DNA of 20,000 nucleotides from Perkinsus olseni (Eukaryota): NCBI GenBank assembly GCA_013115125.1, contig JABANN010000015.1, positions 117,595 to 137,594 of the forward strand, read 5' to 3'. Shown piece by piece: positions 12,773 to 20,000 of this stretch (position 1 is its first letter; each line of letters starts with the position of its first letter). The notes under the pieces were generated by a model. It saw only the letters and a program-made list of their open reading frames with translations, ran no database searches and was not told where the DNA came from. The position numbers and the translations under genes were made by a program.

Positions 12773-14592
12773 ATGTCTGAGACCGCCTCCCGTACGCAAC
12801 AACCGCCTGTGAGCGTCATGACGACGGCGACTACCTGTGTGATGCTGCCAGCGACCTCAGGCGCCGGAATGTTACTCCTTGGCATCTGCTGTCATTGACA
12901 TGTTGAATATTCTAGACTACGAAGCCAACTTCTGCGATAAAGATACTCCTCCAGTGCATCCGTGAGTATCCTCGCTTCCCATGAAGCACGAGCGTCAACC
13001 TAGGATATACTTCTGCGGACCAGCCGGCAACGCTGCCCTCCAATTCGCCTACTTCACCAGACTCGTCGCCTGGCTGCTCTCCCTGCTCAAGAAACGTGCA
13101 GCCTGGGATGAGTACTCCCCTGCTCCTCCACCGTCAGCCCCGGGCCTCTTGCCCAGATACGACGACCCCCACACAGTGTGTACCAACATCCTGGTGGCTC
13201 TGAAAGATGCCGGCCTGCCTGCTGACTTCCCGCCGCAGCGTCTTAAGACGGGCTACGGCGACACTGTTGCGCTGGCAAGTTTGTGCCCGACGTCTACGCG
13301 CCTTCGGTGGCGTTGATTAGGTGCTTCATGGTTTGTGCGGCAAAGTTATCGAGAAGACGGGTTTCCGTTTTCTGGAACCCGACTTCAGTGTTCTCGACCA
13401 AGGCCAACCACGGACCGATTTCGAGAACGACATGGGTGAGGAAAAGATTCTCCCTGAAGATACCTTTATTCAGGAGACGAGCTTGAGGAAGAGGTCGAAG
13501 ATTCTGTCTCGGACGGAGATGACGATGCTGAATAGTATTCTGCTGCTGACTCAGCAGTGCTGAGTCCCGTCGACCTCCACTCGGCAATTTCGTTAGCTTC
13601 GGCGCAGCACCGCCAGGACCATCTCGTGGGGAATCTTTCGCTGTTGGACTGCTCGAGGAAAAACAGATCGTCAGGAGCACCGTAGAAAAGCCTTTCCCTC
13701 CTCCACTAGCAGCGTATCTTCCGCTCAGGTGAAGCCCGAAGACTGGCGAGTCGAGTGTGAGCGGGTGAGTGACGACTCTCGTTGTACGTCTCCGGCCTCC
13801 CCGTTCAAGGTCAGCCACCGACTGCGGAAGATCGGGCCTGGGCTGGTCGATCGGGAATGGCGATCGCATCTCATGCAAACGCAACAGTAAGGGGTATCTT
13901 ATTTTCCACGTTCTGCATGAGTAAGACGGGACAACCTAAGATACCACGACCTTTTCAATAGCCAGTTCCCGACGGTAAAGGCCCAGCTCACCAAGCTGTC
14001 AGCTGAGCTCGACAAGAGCCTGCGGGAAATCGTGGAAAAGGAGGAAATCATCGGTCGACTCTTTGACAACAAAGCCGAGAGCTATCGTCAAATGGCCGCT
14101 GCTCACGAGGATAAAACGAAGGAGTCGGGTCAAGCGCTGTGTGACCGCTCATCGTCGATGTCAGGTATAATGAGCTCAATGACTCGATACTCAACTTGCA
14201 GATGGAATTAAAGACCATCACCGATTCCCTTGAACAAGTAAGAGTTAAATGGGTGTTTCGAGTGAACTCGCTGAGCAGACCCGGCACGAGATGGAACAGA
14301 GGTCGAGCACGGTGACGGATACGCAACCGTTGGTGAAGCTCAAGGATACTATCAAAAGAATGAAAGCAGAGATGCGCCAGGTGACCGCCTCGCTGGCAGT
14401 TGCTGTTGGTACGGTTGACTGACAGATGGACCTTCGTATAGGGATAGTGAGCCACACGCTACTACAGACACATCTGAGGAGCCCTGCGGATCAGGAGAAC
14501 TCCGGGATACTGGTATCTGCTGTGGCGACGGTGGAGGGAGCATGCACGCTCCTTAGGGTATCAATACATGGGAGAATGAGGATGAAGATTGA
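12773..14592 (+). CDS. IFT57: Intraflagellar transport protein 57 (Hippi), multi-exon
   Basis: N-terminal region LNILDYEANFC...IYF...QFAYFTRLVAWLL...YDDPHTVCTNILVAL...FPPQRLKTGYG, then an acidic linker, VKPEDWRVECERV, REWRSHL, a coiled coil, TDTQPLVKLKDTIKRMKAEMRQ|MDLRIGIVSHTLLQ. The predicted end is ENEDED* at 14592. Confidence 0.88.
13275..13320 (+). other. Non-canonical GC-AG intron in IFT57
   Basis: gcaagt...gattag (46 nt). Its removal joins GYGDTVAL to VLHGLCGKV in frame. Confidence 0.7.
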
Positions 14593-15173
14593 GGTGTATC
14601 TTAGGTTGATCATGGGTTGAGTTGAGTGGTGGAATGAGTCGGATTGTCAAAGATTTTCGACGAGGCGTTGAAGTCAAGAAATAATGTTCGAAGAAGCAAG
14701 CATTAGACGTTCGCCGGACTACTTGGACCCTGGTTCACTCACGATACGTTTGTCGTAAACCTTTTCCCCCGACCCCGCACGACCGGACAACGCCAAATAA
14801 GGCACAGTCATTGGTCAGCTCATCAGCGAGACGACTGATGAACATCAAACAGTGATTGCAGCCTTGCAGCCACTTCACCTCGTGTCCTCCATTCGTGCCC
14901 GCCGTTCTCTTAACATTCCAAGCGAAGAATGTACACAGACGGGCTACCGTTTCGCAACTTGTCGTCCGGAAAAGCTTCGAGAGGCATAGCTGTCGTCTGC
15001 GTTGTGGTGAACTTTTACGCCAATGGTGTGTATCGCTCTAACACTAAGGGAATTTACAGCATTCCTCAAGTTGCTGCGCGAATTCACTGTTGCTTTTTCA
15101 CGACGTCCGACTGTGCAGCACTCCATAGACTCAACAGCTCTTGCACAATCAGAAACACAACTTCGAAAAAAAT

Positions 15174-17942
15174 TTAGTGGGTTGCCAGAACGCTCATCAG
15201 GCGAGCCAAAGCGTCAACTCGGCGTTCAGTCTCATCTGACTTAGGCCACAGATCGACGAAGCCGTCCATGTCCACCATCGGCACGCTGGCGCCCAGCTTG
15301 CCGAGAAGGTTTAGCGACTCCCCTGAGCAGCGCTGTAGATGACCTGTAAAGCACCAGGCGCAACATTTACCACAACAAGGAAAAAACGAACTCACCCAAA
15401 GATCGGCATGCGTGCTTCAGAATGAGTCGATTGAACTCAGTTCGCCGTTGGCCGGTGATGTTCGGCTTTTCCTTCGTTTCTGTATTGTGAGCTGTCATCT
15501 CGGCTATCGCATCGGACATCTCTTGCACCTGCAGTACGGCACTTCACGCAGCAAAAAACACCGCTGCGAGAGAGACTCACCACTGGCTGCAGTCCTGTGT
15601 CAGCTAACACGACAGATGCCGAACCAAGATACCAATCTCCGCCGAGTACCGCTAGTTTTACAGATTTCGTTACCTACAAAAGCGAGCCACTCTCACCGTT
15701 ACGAACGAACGAAGCAGGTGAACGAAACGATTGAACGCTCAATGATTGTTCAATGTGTACAACTTCTTTGAACAGGTCAAAGAAGTTGTTGTGTGAGCTT
15801 TCGTACAGCCATCTCATCGAGCGGATACATGAGGGTCCCCACCTGGCCGTCCTGGACTAACTCTGAGTGCATGAGCAAGGCGCTGTACTCCAGCTCGGCC
15901 GCTTGGGCAACTCTGTACACCTACGCAAGTCACACTGAGCGACTCTTTTTATCGCTCGCACCACAGAGCAGTCACATCTTTGAGAATTACTCAGACATCA
16001 TGAGCAGCCCGCGGCGAGCTTCTACGCGACACCTTTCCAACCGGCGCTCCCCACCTGTTCCATTCCACCGTCCGAGCGATCCATACCGAGGGCTCTCCCT
16101 AAACCACAGATGACGGCAGCCCGATCAAGGTGGTGCTTGCGGCGAGATGAGCCGAGGTCCAGTGCAGCAGCATGAGCATCCGGGAGGTCCACTCCTACCA
16201 GTGTCTTCATCAAAGACTCTACCTGCAGGGAGGAGGGAATCCTGAAAGTGATGGAACAGCCGGCCGACCTCTGCCATGTCACCGCGGATCTGTGCGAGCT
16301 CCGGAATACTCATCGCTTTACGTCTCTTCTCCTCTCGGGCATCCTCCATCATCGCCACTGCCGAGTTGAACTGCGACGAGTCATCAAAAGACACCATTAA
16401 GGGGGGCCTGTACCCTACCAGAACGATTGCCAAGAGGCTGACCAGAAGCCAGGACGGCAGGGGAGGAAGGCCGAGTAGCCTCATGACGATAGGCAGAGGG
16501 TATCTGATGGGACGAGTAGACGTCGGCGTCATGACTGCTGTCTTACGCGATGAACTCGAAGTAGAAGAGCGGCCACAGTGTGTTGAGGTAGTTGTCCTTG
16601 ACCAGCTCCAATGCGGCGTCACTGTTGTCACCCGGTGCTATGTTGAAATGCCAATGCCTGCAGCAGGCATCATTGAAGCGAGTAAGCGTTAATCTCCACC
16701 TCCACCACCACCCACCCCCACATGTATACGCAGGCGAGAGCATGTAAGAGGCCTGTCGAGCTATCATCAGCCAGTAGACCGATAACTGCGGTGTAACAGG
16801 CTGTGAGAGTCCATAGGCAGAAACGGGACATACGGTAGGCTCCCCACTGCACCTGAGAAGGGACGCATTCTACAGACGCGGCGCCGGGAGCGGCACTACC
16901 CTACCGCGAAGGAGTTGACATTGTCTGTGACATCTCCCTTGATGTCGGGTATGTCCTTCATGATCGCAACAGTGGTGCAGAACACTATGAGAATACCACA
17001 GAAAGTGAACCTGACACGCTCCACAGTAAATACAACGCCGAAACTTGTGGACGGTAGAACGCTACGGAGACCGCAGCGACGGAGGGCCAACGAGGTCTCA
17101 TCGCTATGATGCTGCCCAGCTCACATCTGTCTATTTGTCGTCTGATCTAGCGTCACGCCGAAAGCTTGGCAATAGGCGTGCGTGCCACCTACGATGCCCA
17201 GCACCGCCCTAGCCATTACCTGAAAACACGATCCTCACTGTAAGAGAGAAACGAAAGGTGATACTGAGACTTACGATGCACAGAGCAGCAGACACAGCGT
17301 GGCGCTTGAGCCGCAGCGGAGGGACGGAGTAGGCGTAGCCGATCGCACACATGGCTGATAAGGTGACGAACCAGGTGGTGGACTCGGCGTAGGATACAGC
17401 AGCAGTTAGGCATAGGGAGAGGCCCGTGGCCAATCTGGCCTGACTGAACTTCATGTTGCCTGAGAAATGGACACGCCATGCGCGAAGGGAATACCCCTGC
17501 GAGAGCTCGTAGTTCATCGAGGAATCGCAGCGGGGCAATCGGCATCACAAGGCTTGCTGTGCAAGGCTCTACAAGCATTAACACAGCCAACCACGGAAGA
17601 GCTACGTCCAATCCAATCACGTTCATTCATGCACAATGAGATGGGTTTGCGGAATGGCTCACCTGCGGCGATCGGCAGAGGCTTGCCGTTAGCCTTGTCG
17701 ATGTCGACGTCCGTGAGCTGATTGATAGCTACGATGAACACATTAGCCAGGATTCCCGAGATCAGAATACGCAGGTATCTAAGGAGGATCCAGGTTGCAG
17801 GGTAACCACAGTTGCACGTCGCTCACGCTGCCACATTGGACTTGGCTCCGCCGGAATACAGATACATGAGGACGTACCCGGTAGTTACCGCTGTGACCGT
17901 CCCCTTGATTGTGTGGGGACGAGAGAGCGCCCAGAGCGTCCC
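15174..17942 (-). CDS. Predicted fusion protein: homogentisate prenyltransferase (HPT/HST/HGGT family, UbiA superfamily) + extra TM + degenerate trans-polyprenyl diphosphate synthase-like domain; true 5' end lies further upstream (ATG possibly near 18043 or 18350)
   Basis: HPT hallmarks: LWALSRPHTIKGT, NQLTDVDIDKAN (17697-17723), AYSVPPLRLKR, KDIPDIKGD (16932-16958), LWPLFYFEF. Intron 16504-16546 (gtaaga...catcag) removes the apparent stop and continues in frame as IAYPLPIVMRLLG...WLLVSLLAIVLVGY. The IDS-like motifs follow: VAQAAELEYSALLMH, VKLAVLGGDWYLGSASVVLA, VVQEMSDAIAEM, LILKHACRSLG. The stop is TAA at 15174-15176. Confidence 0.75.
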
Positions 17943-18101
17943 TGATAACCACGCACAGGCGAATCAAGGCAGCTTAGCTTCTCTCCGAACAATGGAATTC
18001 GATCCACCACTACCACTAACCAGGGCCATCGGGGGAGTCATCATTCCATCACTTTAAAGTTCGTATTTCAAACGCCAGTTAATACCAAGTGAACGAGGGC
18101 C

Positions 18102-18350
18102 TCAGATCCTCCAGAAAGAATGCAATGAGCGGCGATTCACATCCCTGCTGTGCAGAGTATCACGGGCGCCTTTATCAAACATGATACACTCTGCAGGCAC
18201 GAGAGAGATCCCAGTCCAGGACGTACGGATGTTCAGCTGCCCCTCTGGTGATGGCTCGGATTTCGCCGCCGGCAGAGAATCCAAAGGGCGGCTTAATACA
18301 GACTCCCATAGCAGAAGAGCTATGGAAAATACTACTGCTGACGATAACAT
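18102..18350 (-). CDS. Signal-peptide-encoding exon; probable 5' leader of the HPT fusion gene, or a separate small secreted protein
   Basis: ccgccATG context at 18350. MLSSAVVFSIALLLWESVLS-RPLDSLPAAKSEPS has a hydrophobic h-region followed by a plausible cleavage site. It is on the same strand as, and directly upstream of, the first HPT-homologous exon. Confidence 0.45.
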   Translation of the reverse strand: MLSSAVVFSIALLLWESVLSRPLDSLPAAKSEPSPEGQLNIRTSWTGISLVPAECIMFDKGARDTLHSRDVNRRSLHSFWRI

Positions 18351-19025
18351 GGCGGAATAACGGGGAAAAAAACTGAAGGTAGCGCATGACAATGACGGCT
18401 ATAATAGGCAACGAGGGCTGATAATCAGACACGGCTCCCGCCAACGAAAGGGGTCAAATCTTTCCCCATCTATACCATGAGACTTGCAACTCGCGGTGGG
18501 TATTCAGCGGTGGGCATTCATCGGATCACTGGACCCTAACGGAGAGTAACTTTAAACCCGCAGGACGATGAAGAAGATGCTGTCAGGCTCTCAGGCTGGA
18601 AGTCCCAGCTGCCCGCTGGCAGCTGAAGATGGTCAAGTCGACAAGGTCCTTTCTGTCTGTCAGCGGCGCCACCGCTGACCGAAGTATTTGCATTACAGCT
18701 ACCCCCTCCCACCCTCGGTTCGGAAGAGTTGTTCAGAAGGGCATCGTGAGACCCATACGGACGACCAGAACAACCGCAACCAAAACTTATGTGCTACCAT
18801 TTGGTCTGAGTTCACCCATCGACATGCTATAAGATATAGCAGGAGTTGCTGAAGTGTGTGTAGGCGATCGAACAACTAAGTCGTTCGACTTCGCGCTATA
18901 TCGCTGTGGCGGCCTCTGGCTTACGAGTCGTAAGTTACGACTGAGAGGTGAATTCGTGCAGCTATGTGTGTGAGTAAAAGCTGACGTAGGGGCCACTTGG
19001 CGACACTCCAGCCAGTCGAGTCTTG

Positions 19026-20000
19026 TCAGATGAAGCCACGGCGCTTGGAGTCTTTCCGGCGCTTGAAGCACTTGGCGGTGTCCCATAGTCCTTCGGCGCT
19101 TCTGCCACCCTTTCTCTGACCGTCCGAGAAGGGTTCACGGCATAAAGAGCATGCACAATGCATGGTGACACCACCACAAAATAATTTCGACGATCCAGAC
19201 GTTGTTTCCAGAATACCTCTCCCAGTAAATTTGAGTCGCTCCAGTATAGTATCTTCCCACGAAGACCAGCGAAGCTTCAAATCGGTTGGCGCGATAGACC
19301 AATATTCACTCTCATTCGATACTAAAAATATTTTTCAATCTCCTCCCGTGGGAAAACTTCTCCGGAAGAGCCGGGGCGACCGAGAGGGAGATGCCCCCCG
19401 ACTCCACCTCCTGCTCCCTCTGCTTGAACCTCGTGCTCCGGGTTGATGGCGAGCTAATGCGACGTCGTTTGAGGCTTGCCGGGAAGCATTGCCCGTTAAA
19501 CTGTTCATGTTTACCTGGTCATGATCGGCCAACCACTTTGCATGGGGGGGGGACGACGAGTCGTATGTCGAACCTTTTTCGGAAAGAGTATAATTATCAC
19601 AAAACATGATACACCCAGCCATGCAAAACAACAAATCTACTTAATCTGTCTTATTCTGCGAGCTGGGGCAAGTACTGAGCGGTCAGACTTCTTCAGCTGG
19701 CCGCCGCTCTACTCGCTTGGGTCGGTCTTCGGCAGGCAGACAGCTGGGCGTTTTACGGCTCACCAAGCCAACTCGAGGTCCGGGACCAGCATCGATGGTC
19801 GCTGCTTCCGTGCTGCCGCCCTGGCTTCCGGTGTCGGTCCTCCGGTCCATCCGCTCCTCAGGTACTCCTCTCTTGGCTTGACCTTCAGCTGGCCTCCTAT
19901 TAACGGGGCGGCGCGATGATACCATCAGTATACAGACCACGTCATGGGGAGACAACCCAGGTGCCGGGGGATCCTAGTATTGGAAACCCACCGCTCCTGC
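19026..20000 (-). CDS. Probable 3' part of an unidentified multi-exon Arg/Ser-rich protein gene
   Basis: A series of minus-strand open stretches with splice-like sites, ending LWDTAKCFKRRKDSKRRGFI* at 19026. I recognise no domain and could not resolve the exon structure. Confidence 0.3.

Noticed and set aside
14640-15170. Short ORF with a repeated LREFT peptide between convergent genes
   Set aside because: No credible start or splice structure. Likely overlapping 3' UTR sequence.
15652-15861. Alternative exon model (HSE|WLYESSHNNFFDLFKEVVH...RN|AVLGGD)
   Set aside because: It needs a weak gag acceptor and makes an over-long insertion. The single-intron model gives SVKLAVLGGD with normal spacing. 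Both models lack DDxxD.
15174-16484. Independent gene starting at MRLLGLPPLPSWLL (ATG 16484)
   Set aside because: Only ~60 nt separate it from the apparent HPT stop, and that gap contains a canonical in-frame intron that completes the HPT C-terminal motif. The fusion model is preferred, though not proven.
18470-18860. Possible small plus-strand spliced gene
   Set aside because: Splice-like sites exist, but I could not build a convincing reading frame or identify a product.

Overview
Gene-dense eukaryotic DNA with many very short (~35-55 nt) GT-AG introns and occasional GC-AG introns. It is most consistent with a perkinsid alveolate such as Perkinsus (inference from style, not checked). Manual splicing gives these genes: (1) a 5'-truncated large single-pass membrane protein with RCC1/BLIP-II repeats, EGF-like modules, a TM helix and a cytosolic C-terminal HPD J-domain; (2) a coiled-coil hypothetical protein; (3) an intronless bromodomain protein; (4) glycine cleavage H protein; (5) a UBC4/5-type E2; (6) IFT57; (7) a homogentisate prenyltransferase (HPT/HST, UbiA family). 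Gene 7 appears to be spliced in frame, through one extra TM helix, to a catalytically degenerate trans-polyprenyl diphosphate synthase-like domain (PDSS2/Dlp1-like), and may carry a signal-peptide leader. This fusion is the most interesting feature. The few long introns (114-203 nt) are rich in hairpins. All exon models are manual and unverified by transcripts.
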